Source: Camelus ferus
Taxonomy: Eukaryota
Length of the DNA stretch: 64,000 bases
Reading direction: 5' to 3'
Assembly: GCF_009834535.1 (NCBI RefSeq)
Contig: NC_045698.1
Location: forward strand, 15,192,001-15,256,000
Part shown: piece after piece, positions 53,400 to 64,000 of the stretch
Layout of the letters: every line of letters begins with the position of its first letter
Position numbering within the stretch: the first letter of the stretch is position 1
Notes under the pieces: generated by a model
Databases searched by the model: none
What the model was told of the DNA's origin: nothing
What the model saw: only the letters and a program-made list of their open reading frames with translations
Translations under genes and position numbers: made by a program

Positions 53400-53845
53400 C
53401 CCGCAGCAGACACCACTGGCGCCCCAGCCCTTCCTCTCATTTGCTGAGATGACACTTGCCAGGCAGCAGACCGTTCTGGGTGACAGGAGACTCACTTCAC
53501 AAGGATACCGCTCATCTCTTTTTGCTGTCTGCTCCCTCTCACAGCTGGAGCACAGTCAGCTCATTCAAGCATAGCACAAAAGCAGGGAAGTTGTTATCAA
53601 CCCCAGAAAAAGCCTTCAGTGAGGTGCAAGGTCCGAAGGATGAATTTGTCAACCTTAGTCTTTCAAATGAACAATTTGGAGTGGCTCTAGGTCTGCCTCT
53701 CAGGAGTCCTTAGCAAAACTGATTCCCTATTGCCCTCAGCAACACCCACAAATAATGCATCCTATATTGGTTTTGCATATTTATGTCTCTTATTTCCCCT
53801 GCTCCCTAACTCTGGCTCTCCCTGGCCACCGCCCTGAAAAATGCT
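53400..53845 (+). mobile_element. ERVL LTR16-like LTR, degenerate
   Basis: 'ccctattgccctcagcaacacccacaaataatgcatcctatattggtttt...cccctgctccctaactc' resembles the LTR16 3' half. Confidence 0.55.
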
Positions 53846-53849
53846 CTGG

Positions 53850-54027
53850 TTTTGAAGACTCAGGTGTTTAGACTGGGCTCACCTAGATAATCCAGGATAA
53901 TCTCTCATCTCAAGGTCTATAACATCAATAACATCTTCAAAGCCTCAACTATCGGTTAACATATTCTCAGGTTCTAGAGATTAGGATGTAAACATCATTT
54001 AGGGACCATTATTCTGAAGACTACCAT
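53850..54027 (-). mobile_element. MLT1C/D-like LTR 5' portion
   Basis: 'gactgggctcacctagataatccaggataatctctcatctcaagg...gggaccattattctg...ctacca'. Confidence 0.8.
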
Positions 54028-57000
54028 ACTGTGCACAGGCAAGGTCAGTCCATTTGTCCATATGTTTCCTCTGAGTAGCAGAGAGTGATACACATAATAG
54101 GGTTCAAAAATATTTATTGAGTTAGATAAGGGAGGAGACAATATTTAATTTTCATAAAAATAAAAGCAATAAAAAGGACACTCAGAAAATTTCAGATTTT
54201 GAAGGGATTAGAAAATAATTCCTTATTAGTCAGGAAGGAGTACCTGAAACTTAGGCAAAGGTAACATTGAAAGGTCCTAGGCCTAAATAAACTATCTATT
54301 AAAAGATTTTGTTTACCTCCCTGATATTAACAATTGACTAATAGCTCACAGGCTGCTCACAAAAATTTGTCATTATGAACAGATTAGCTAAAATATTACC
54401 TAGGAATTTGATGAAAAGGTAAAAACCTGATCACATTATACAATCTGAAGTTCCTCATACCAGTAAAAATTTTACGTAAAGGGATGTGTTCAAAATAAAT
54501 AAAATTAGCTTTGGATAAAAAAGATAAAAGAAAAGGGGGTAATAGAAGTGGGATTATAAGAAAATGAAGAGAATTATTGTTTCCAAATAAGGAGACTGTG
54601 ATTCAGTTATTCTGAAACATTTTCAGTTCCTACTCTATGTCAGGCTCTGGAATACACAAATTTTAGGTCTTCAGAAAAGTGTAGGTAGGGGTACCTTCTT
54701 ATTCTCTTCAAGTGTTTTTCTCGAGTTTCCTGATTTTTGAAATATCTGATTCCCAAATCTTAGATTTCATTCAAACATGCCAAAAATAAATACAAAATGA
54801 ACGAAGGGAATGCAATATATATTTTTATGCTTTTCTGCCATTTAAATTCAGAAATGTGAAAAAAAATGTCATCAGGCAATAGATGCAGAAATTGATCATC
54901 AGGAAATCAAAGTGCCACTGCCGCTCCTGTCAGCGTCACCACGTGTTAGGTTCAGGACTAAGCATGGTAATGACCACCCTACCCCTAAAGATGGATATTC
55001 CACAACCATGTTCTATATTTCTTAATAAACTATACTAACTTTCTCAAGCTTATATTTTAAATCTCTTTAGCTCATATATTTCTACTAAATTTTCAAGGCC
55101 AATTTTTTTTTTTTTAAGAAAGTGCTTCAATTTGTGAGCAAATGTCCATTTCAGTAGTCGCAGCCACCACAGGAATCACAGAATAACAGCACTTTTACTT
55201 CCTAACAGTCACAGCCCAGCACCCATTAACTAGAGAGCAGTATTTCAGCTAAAGCTCCCCAGCTTAACTCCCCCTTCTCACCCTTCGGAGCTGTGACCTT
55301 TTGATGATGAATGTGTCACTTACACAGATGTTTACCAGCCTTCAAAAGAAGAGTCTTTCTCATAGCTTAGGAGCAGGATTTGTTTACATGCAATAGCTGA
55401 AATAGATTTATAATATTAAAATATGATGGATGAGAATGGTGAAAAATGATAAGTTTTAATGAGACTGAGCTTTCAATAACCTGAAGACGCATGCCCATAA
55501 GGGAACTGCAAAGGAAACGTTTAAATCTCATAAATCAGAGGTTTAATCCTCTGCAGTTGGCAGAATTACAGGATAAACTTTTAAAACTGTAGATTATCAA
55601 ATTCTGCAGTAGTCAAGAAGTGAGTGTAATCAAGAATTTGTACGTTTAACATCTTACCCCATATGGATGTACTGATAGATAATAGAGGCAAATAAGAGTG
55701 ATCTCTGCAGTCAGACTATCAGTATCTAAATCCTCTTACTAACCATCTAATCTTAGAAATTTCCTAAAATTATAAGAATTCGTTTCCATAGATGTAGAAT
55801 ATGGGAAACAATGACACCTGTCTCATAGAATTAAATAAGGTGATACATGCCAAATGGCATATAGTCCCTAGAAAGATTATCTACTAGAGTTATTGTTTGC
55901 TGCCTGCAGAATTAAAATACAACAACCTGTCCTTTCAAAATATACCATCTATGCATAGACAAGCTGGCTACAAGTAGATCATTTCTGAAGATTTAGTTAG
56001 AGCGCCCAAAATACTGTAAGAGATTTTCAAGCAGTGTTTGGTGTAGACTCAACAGGAACGTTATCTTGTAATAATGGCTTAATTGTACCAACAACGTCTG
56101 TGACTCATGCAAATCCAGAGAGGAAAACTTTTACATTCTACAAAATATATGATAAAGTGAACTCATCTTCTGATTCCTCTCCTGAAATCAGACAATACTC
56201 ACAAGTCATTATATGAGACGCAAAGACAAGGAAAATCGTCACTGCCCTAGAGTTCTCTTGCTTGGCTAGGAGAGGGCACGTTTGTGATAAAATTCGTATT
56301 AACCTACTGGTAACTCTGGATCTGAGGCTCTGTGAGTCCTATTATTTGGACAGCTGGAGAAGGCAGGTCAAACAGGATGAGAAGCCTGCGTAGGGAGAAT
56401 GTCTGCGTGACTTTTTGTAACAGAGAAGGAAGTTAGCCGCTACAGAGTCTTTGTTCTGGGCACTTTACATCTCCTAAACCACTAAAAGATAAAGCAAAAT
56501 AGCCAGAGGCTTTCTACTACTAAATTATATGCCAATTTGTAGAGCACAGGCCAAGGTCTAGCAATAAAATAAAGCCCAGGGGCTTCAAACTCAGTAATGA
56601 AGTCAAACCTTATGAACAGAAGTAGAATAAAAGGTAGTGTTGGCTTCTTATTTAATACTCTTTAAAAGTGAATTTCTATTGCTTCCTCTCAGATGGGAGG
56701 GATATTTCACAAGTAAACTGTTAAGATTTGTTCAAAAATGAAGAATCTAATGTGTTAGAAACCAGGCATCTGATAATCTTGAGGGGAGAATTTAGTCCAC
56801 GAGGCTACATATCTTAGCTTCAAAGGAATACAAGTTGGAGCAAATACCCAAGTTATAGATATTAAGAAACCAAGAAGAAGAATGACTGCCGATTATGGAC
56901 TAGAAGAACGAGGGCTGATGACTATTTTAAGGACCAGTATGTGTTTTCCACTGTATTAGAAACTGATCTATATTATCACCTTGGATTTATGGCTGCAAAC

Positions 57001-57163
57001 CCTGACAGCCTCTGAGAGCCCTGTGTGAGCAACTGCAGGGCAACGATCGGAACAACCTGGTTAAAAAGCTGGTGCCCGTGAACAACCTGCTCTGGCTGAG
57101 TTTGAGTAGCTGACCATGAAAAGCTGATGGCTGAGAACCCTATGGTGCATGAGGCCTGGTGAC

Positions 57164-57496
57164 TGCTCTGGACTGAATTATGATTTCCACAACTCATATC
57201 CTCAATATGATAGTTTTTAGAGGTGGGACCTTTGGGAGTTAATTCCGTTTAGATGAGCTCATGAGGGTGGGGCCCTCTTGATGGAATTAGTGCCCTTATC
57301 AGAAGAGACACAAGGGAGCTTGTTCTCTGTCTTTCTCTGCCATGTGAGGACATCACAAGAAGACCATCTGCAAGCCAGGAAGAAGGTTCTCATCAGAATC
57401 CTATTATGCTGGGACTCTGATCTTGGACTTTGCAGCCTCCTGAACTGTGAGAAATAAATTTCTATTGCTTAGGATACACAATTCATGGCATTCACA
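57164..57496 (+). mobile_element. MaLR solo LTR, MLT1A-like
   Basis: Starts 'tgctctggactgaat'; contains 'gaggtgggacctttgggag...catgagggtggggccctc...tagtgcccttat' and 'gcctcctgaactgtgagaaataaatttct'; TSD-like gtgac/atgac. Confidence 0.9.
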
Positions 57497-57572
57497 TGAC
57501 ATCCAGGGCTGGCAAAGACAGTGGCCAAATGATTCTATACAAATACCAGATATATAGCACCGTAGGGGACTT

Positions 57573-57588
57573 CCAATAGAGGGCACTA
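57573..57588 (+). promoter_or_regulatory. CTCF core-motif match (one mismatch)
   Basis: CCAATAGAGGGCACTA versus CCASYAGRKGGCRS(TA); motif only. Confidence 0.35.
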
Positions 57589-58130
57589 CTATGTGCATCC
57601 TGCTACACCACTCAGCCTTTAATATAGATCCTAATAGAGGCTGTTGGTAACCTTCACATGTCTTTGACAAACTCAGAGCTCCAGGAACTTGTACCTGGTC
57701 CAGGTTTACCTTCTTCCCAGTGTTAGACATTAAGCAGAAAGCCATAGCCCCAAACTCTCACTGAAAAGATTACAACTTCACTATTGTCATACTTAAAGCT
57801 GAGAGCAGTGTACAAAGATCTATGAAGAGTTTTTTAAAAGTGGGTTCTAAGTGGCAATCAGAGAACTAAGGTAACAAGAATCACTAGAAAAGTATAGAAG
57901 CCAGATTTCCTAGGTAATTTTTTTTTCATTTTTCAGTTTTGTTAGATAGAATTGTTACAATTTGACTGTACATATACAATATATTGCATGTAAATACATA
58001 TACACAATATACTGCACGTATTTTTAAAAGTTTACATATATGTACTGCTCATTGTTTCTAAGAGCGTTATAGCTTTAGCTTTTTAAACTTACATAGTTAT
58101 CAAAGGAATAAAGCCAAACACAAAATAAGA

Positions 58131-58315
58131 ATTAATTCAAAATGATATATACACCTCGCTATTAACAGCAACATTCTTTATAATTGCCAAGATGTGGCAG
58201 CATCATAAGTGCAGATCAATAGATGAATGGATAAAGAAGATGCAACATACATATGTAATGGAATACAACTCACCCATAAGAAAGGGGATATTTTGCCATT
58301 TGAAGCCCTTCATTC
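58131..58315 (+). mobile_element. L1 ORF2 C-terminal fragment
   Basis: Translates LIQNDIYTSLLTATFFIIAKMWQHHKCRSIDEWIKKMQHTYVMEYNSPIRK, the L1 ORF2p C-terminal 'CPS.DEWIKKMW...MEYYSAIKK' block. Confidence 0.9.
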
Positions 58316-58404
58316 ACTTTTTTTTTTTCTTTTCACTTCAAAAACCAGAATTTTATGTCTGGCATAAATATGTCCATTGCATCAAAAACAACAAAATACC
58401 TAGG

Positions 58405-58575
58405 TAAAATTTTTGCTCTGCCACTCATTTGCATAACAAGTTACTTAACTGACCTTTGCCCTAAAAAATGCACCTGTTTTAAATATGCAGGTCATGCCAT
58501 AAAGTTGTTTTAGGATGAGATAATACATTCAAAGAACTTAGCCTAATGCTAAGCACATGGAAATTACTAAAGAAA
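58405..58575 (+). mobile_element. MIR SINE, degenerate
   Basis: 'ctctgccactcattt...caagttacttaac...atgagataatac...aagaacttagcctaatgctaagcacatgg'. Confidence 0.6.
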
Positions 58576-59039
58576 TCTTGGCTGCTAAGACTGACTCAAG
58601 ATTTTGAGATTGATCCTAAGGTAGAGAAGGCCTCCTGTAGCCAAGTTGACTGAGAAGATGCCCCTGTGAGATGTAGACAATTGTGGGTGGAATAGCCCCT
58701 TTCATATTATCAAGACTTCTCTGTATATCCAGGACCACATCTTCCATTTTAGGGGTTTATTGGTGTCAACTGAGACCTTCTTGAAAGGAAATGTCTTAAC
58801 ACAGTAAACTGAATGAGGACAATACAATGTCTTATGTGTCCAAGAGCCATTCTCTTACTGGGCAGCCAGTGTTTGCTGGTTTGCAGACATCTGTCAAAGA
58901 GAAATCAGCTCAGAAAACTTCTTTATTGTATTAGAGCATGGTACAATTTATTTTTGTATTATTTTAAAGTGTAGAAAAGTATAAGTTGTTTTGAATTATT
59001 CATTGTTAGAATAATTCCAATAAAGCTCTTAAAACATCT

Positions 59040-59320
59040 TTCTCTTTAGTATACATTCAAAATTTTATATAAATTATTAACTTAGTAGGGGGATTTATTA
59101 TTTAGTAAGTTACATGTGTCTTAAAATTGATTAGATATTGTCAAGTTGCTCTCCAAAATATTTGTACAAGTATCTATCCCTCAAATAGTGTATGTATGAG
59201 TGCTGCCATAGATCCACATTCCTGCCAACAACTGGTGGTCCTAGACTTTGGGCTAATCTGGTATTTTTTACTATTTTTTTTAATGTATATTTTATTGATC
59301 ACTAGTGAGTTTAAATTTCC
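59040..59320 (-). mobile_element. Old L1 (L1ME-like) ORF2 3' fragment
   Basis: 'agatattgtcaagttgctctccaaaa...tccacattcctgccaacaactggtg...gatcactagtgagtt'. Confidence 0.65.
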
Positions 59321-60047
59321 TGCTTTATAATAGTAAAGAATTACTAAATATCAGCATTCTGTGTAAAAATGCTATAGTGCATTGTAAAATATCAGGAACA
59401 TGGCATATTGATCACCAGTTTCTTTGAGTGTAGCATCTAATTTGCACAAAGTAAAGTTGTCTTGTGTTGACACGTGATGGGCTTTTGTCAACATCTGTAT
59501 GTGAGTTAGGCATTCTATCATGAATATCAGAATGCCCCAATATTGTCAAATGAACTCTCTGGAAACTTTGGCAAAACAATCTAAGAACAGCAACTAAAAT
59601 TGGAAAGAATTTTTCCAGGCTTCAATTCCCATGTAATTACAAGGAGACTCTGGTAAAAAACAATGGTGCTAGAATAGTTTGATTACTATAAATCACACAA
59701 AACTAATCAACCTAGGCTCCCATCCAGGAAATGTCTATCACTGTTGGAGACAGTAGGGACAATGGAGAAAGAAAATTTCAGACAAAGATGGGGACAGAGA
59801 GAACTACTAGAGGAAGCTCCAGAGCCATTGCCTAGAAAAGATAGTGGGGCCAAGCCTCTCTCTCTTCATATATGATAAGTGTGAGATCAAAAGCCAATTA
59901 AATAGTTATGGAAGGAAATTTGCAACACTAAAACCTACAACTAACAATGGAAACGTAATAGTTATTATATGTATGTACCCAAGGGTATAAGAGCAACTTC
60001 CATAAAGCAGAGACTATTGAATATGAAAGGAGGGATAGAAACACACT

Positions 60048-61025
60048 TTTTAAATTAATATTTTCATTTTCTTTGGATAAATACCCAGGAGTAGGGTTGC
60101 TGATTGTACAGTAGTTGTATTTTTAATTTTTTGAGGAGCCTCCATACTGTTGGTATAGTGGCAGTACCAATTAATATTCCCACCAACAGTGCACAAAAGT
60201 TTCTTTTTACAGACATCCTTACACTTGTTATTTGCTGTCTTTTTGATAATAGCCATTCTGACAGGTGTGAGGTGATATTTCACTGTGGTTTTGCTTTGCA
60301 TTTCCCTGATGATTAGTGATGTTGAGTATCTTTTCAAGTGTTTATTGGTCATCTGTATATCTCCTTTGAAAAAATATCTATTCAGATCCTCTGCCTAACT
60401 TTTAATCAAATTATTTATTTTTTGATGTTGAGTTGTATGTGTTTTTTGTATATTTTGAATATTAACCCCTTATCAGATATATGGTTTGCAAATATCTTCT
60501 CCCATTCAGTACATGGCCTTTTTGTTTTGTTGATAGATTCCTTCATTGTGCAAAAGGTTTTTAGTTTGATGTAGTCCCATTTGTTTACTTTGCTTGTGCT
60601 TCCCTTGCCTGAGGAGACATATCCAAAAAAATATTACTAAGACCAATGTCAATGCCTATCTTTTCTTCAGGAGTTTTGTGGTTTGGGGTCTTACTTTTAA
60701 GTCTTTGATCCATTTTGAGTTTATTTTTGTATATGATGTAGTATAAAAAAGAAGTAGTCCAGTTTGATTCTTTTGCATGGAGCTGTCCAGTTTTCCCAAA
60801 ACCATTTGTAGAAAAGGCTGTCTTTTCCCCATTGTTTATTCTTGCTTCTTTTGTCATAGGTTAATTTGCCTTATGAGCATTAGTTTACTTCTTGGCTCTC
60901 TATTCTGTTCCATTAATTTTTGTGTCTTCTTTGTGCCAGCACTGTACTGTTTTGATTACTATGGCTTTGTAGTACAGTTTGAAATCAAGGAGTGTGATAC
61001 CTCAGCTTTGTTCTTTTTCTCAATG
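60048..61025 (-). mobile_element. L1 ORF2 3'-portion fragment with frameshifts, lacking both 5' part and 3' UTR
   Basis: ORF 60050-60352 reads [35 protein letters not shown]...LLLGIYPK, an unmistakable L1 ORF2p segment; ORF 60585-60857 ends in 'IDIGLSNIFLDMSPQARE'. Confidence 0.95.
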
Positions 61026-62814
61026 ATTATGAAGTTAGATTGTATAGAATCTATCAGACCTTGGGCTCTAAAAAAAGAATACATATTTTTAGAATACATA
61101 TTTTTATAAGTATACATAGGATTCAAACAAAAATTGATTTTAAATTTCAGTAAATTGTGAATAACCTAACATTTTTAAATGCTTATTGAGTTTTAGAGAC
61201 AAAAATATAAATACTTTAAAATATACATTGGCTGATAACTATTTCAGTGAGATGCATATAGGTTCCATGGGTTGTGTGACACTAAAACTGAGTGGACAAT
61301 AAAACTGAGTGATGCCCACCAGGAAAGCATTAGAAGGTGCATGTAGTATCATATAGTTTTAAACCATTTGAGATTTCTGTTCTGTGAATAGCTCATTCAG
61401 ACTGGTTTCAAGTTTTCTTTTAATTTGTTGGGGTTTAAAAAATATTTTGTGTGTTGTTACATAGTTTTGATTCTAATTTGAATTAGTTAAGCTATGCTAA
61501 ACTGTGAAGTAGCATATGATTAAATTATGTTATGGTGAAAAGAAAAATAAAACTAGAAATAAACAAACAGGTTTAGATGTTACTCATGATACAAATTCTC
61601 TGTACGTCTCCTGGCCCTTTGCTTTCTGTCATCCTCACGCTGGGATTCATTGCTGAACAACCACTTTCTGGTCTAGGATACCTCTGGTCCCCAGGGACAT
61701 GAGGAAGAGAACGGAAGCAAATTGAATAATAGCTGTTAAAGCTCCGACCCAGAAATGACACTCTGGAACATGTCACTTTGATTCAGAGTTCATTGATCAA
61801 AGCAAATCAATGGCCACACAAGTTCTAAGTAGGCAGTGGGCAAAGAAAGCCATTCTCATCACGTGTCTGGCAGGAAAAATAGAATAATTGCTAAAAAGAA
61901 CGGTAGGAATGGAATTATAGTTACTGGACAAATATTCTCTTCCTGTCACTTTTATCACTTTGTTGGTGGGGTAATTTGTGGACCAAAATTTTTAATGATA
62001 TACTTGAACAATTTATTAAATGTTTTGTTGGTTCTTTCTTGAGTGTTTTTAAAGGAATATGTTCCTACCTTGAGTTCATATAGCCTTCTATTATACATTT
62101 AAAATGTCAATAAATTTTGTTTTTTTTATAAGGTCACTTTTAATTTATCAGGAATTTTTTAATATAATTTATTTCTACTTCAAAATTGGAATAAAAAATG
62201 GGGTAAAAATCCTGTTTAAACAGTTGTTCTTACTAATTACTGAGTGGTGCATTCAAGAAAATCTTATTAGTTCAAAGAATGCACAGGATAAATTTCAAGC
62301 AAGGAAGAAGTCCTTATCATTATTTTTTTTCCTTTATATTATAGTGTGAGACTTATATTAGAGATTTTTTTTCTTTTCCGTTATATCACATAACAACTTA
62401 TGAATAACCTTAAAGTAAACCCAGGGTAATAATAATATCTTCCTTAACTATTTCAATATCACAAAAACTAAGATAAAGGCATAATTATCTTACTTTAATT
62501 AACCTGTCAATGATTGATATGCCACACAATTTTAATCATCTTCCATTATTAGATAAAAAAAATATGGCTTTTCCCAAATTTAGCATTACTAAAATAGAGA
62601 AATAACCGTAATTTTTCAATTCAAAGGTGTGAACTATGAACTGCTTCAGATAATCATCTAGAAACTTCATACTTTGATTCAGTTTAAAAAAAGAGAGACA
62701 GACAGCCCACAAATTCCATCACTTTAGACATTGTTTCTCCCTTTCTCCTGCAGTTACTTTCCCAGGCTTGCCTTTGTCTTTCTCCTCCCCCTTCTCCCAT
62801 CTTTTTTCTCTTCC

Positions 62815-62960
62815 TCTTTCCTTCCCTCCCACTTGCCACACATGTTTATTGAACGTTTCTGACTGTCAGGCACTGTCTCTATGCAGCATATACAAAGATA
62901 GAATCCTAGACACGCACCTTTGGTCTATTAGGACACTGACCTTCAAATAAATGATTGCAG
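62815..62960 (-). mobile_element. L2 3'-end fragment
   Basis: 'acatgtttattgaacgtttctgactgtcaggcactgt'. Confidence 0.55.
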
Positions 62961-64000
62961 CATAATGTGAATATTGTTCTCTGTAATTTGTCCTACTTCA
63001 CTGTTTATTGTTTCATTCATTAGCTTGCTTTTGACTAGAAGGTTTGTGATGTCACTTTTGTAAACTTTATTTGTATAGAGTTTATACCTAAGAATGGATA
63101 AAATATTTAGCATTAGTTACGTGTAGTGCTTCAAACCTGAAGGAAAGCCTATTTCCCCTTAAACTTTTCCCCCCATCTTTCCTGGGTAAAATAAATTAGA
63201 CTGAATCTGTTCGTTTATTATATGCAACCCATAATGCACAAATAAAAGCCTGCTAGTCCAGGCAATAATTATGTCAGAGTACATTTGGTTTCATTTTATT
63301 ATGGAATGCCAACATCCCACTGAAAACCAAATCCTGTATTTCAAAAGGTTAAATAGGATGATATTTAAATAGCATCCTAGCAGGTTCAATTTAGAATCCA
63401 GAATATGTTCAATAGAAGACCAATGTCTAGCTCTGCTGAATTGTACTTAAAAAGAAATTAGATGCATTTTCAGTCACTTTAAGTTCATAAACTGCTATAC
63501 CATTGCAATTTGTGAATTTTCACAGAACTGTTTCATTAAAATGTTTTTAAAAGGCAGAATGATAATAGAATTCTACACAAGCATTAAAATGAAACAATAT
63601 GGTAGTATAATGGCATGAAAAATGTTAAATAAGAAAGTAAGTTTTAAAGTAGTAACTATAGGATGAACATATATGCAGATGGTTAGACGTGAATGCATAC
63701 TTCCAGTTTGCAGATACAAATAAAGTTACATTAAAAGAAATATTCAGATTTCATTGGCTTTTTCTGCCACTTGCATAATGTGTAAACTATCTTTCACCTC
63801 TTATCAAGTGGCTCATGAGGATTTTTCTAGTGTCTTCTATAATTGACATCTATGTTGAGGCTGCTTCTTGGAATAGTTCTCAATATAGACTTTACGCTCA
63901 AGTTCATGAGTCCATGTGGAAAAATGATAATATACAACCTGTGTTGTACTGTTCCCAGCGCTCTCTCTCAATGCTTTGTAAAACATCTCACGTAAATACT

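Noticed and set aside
60050..61109. Cluster of 70-110 aa ORFs as a possible gene
   Set aside because: These are frameshifted L1 ORF2 remnants and their antisense frames, not a host gene or an intact L1.
61283..61311. 12-bp direct repeat taaaactgagtg separated by 5 bp
   Set aside because: An ordinary micro-duplication with no associated structure.

Overview
This is an AT-rich, CpG-depleted mammalian window with no protein-coding gene I can recognise; it reads as intergenic or deep-intronic DNA. Most identifiable sequence is decayed transposable element: ancient MIR, L2 and L1M fragments, MaLR (MLT1-type) LTRs, and DNA-transposon relics (MER5A-, MER20-, MER44- and MER58-like). Younger insertions include ERV solo LTRs and L1 pieces. 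I see no Alu, B1/B2, Bov-tA/BovB, PRE-1, SINEC or ERE SINEs. Together with the style of the L1 3' ends, this suggests a laurasiatherian, possibly camelid-like, genome (inference). The most notable structures are: (1) five ERV-type LTRs within about 3 kb at 50.3-53.3 kb, arranged as one two-level and one three-level nest; (2) two oppositely oriented L1 ORF2 fragments at 58.1 kb and 60.05 kb that abut at the same consensus position, suggesting a ~1.9 kb inversion; (3) a perfect 21-bp tandem duplication of a CTCF core motif at 5.85 kb; and (4) a few weak exon, promoter and pseudogene candidates. I found no clearly novel biological system. Repeat family names are recognised from memory, not from a database search, and most repeat boundaries are approximate.
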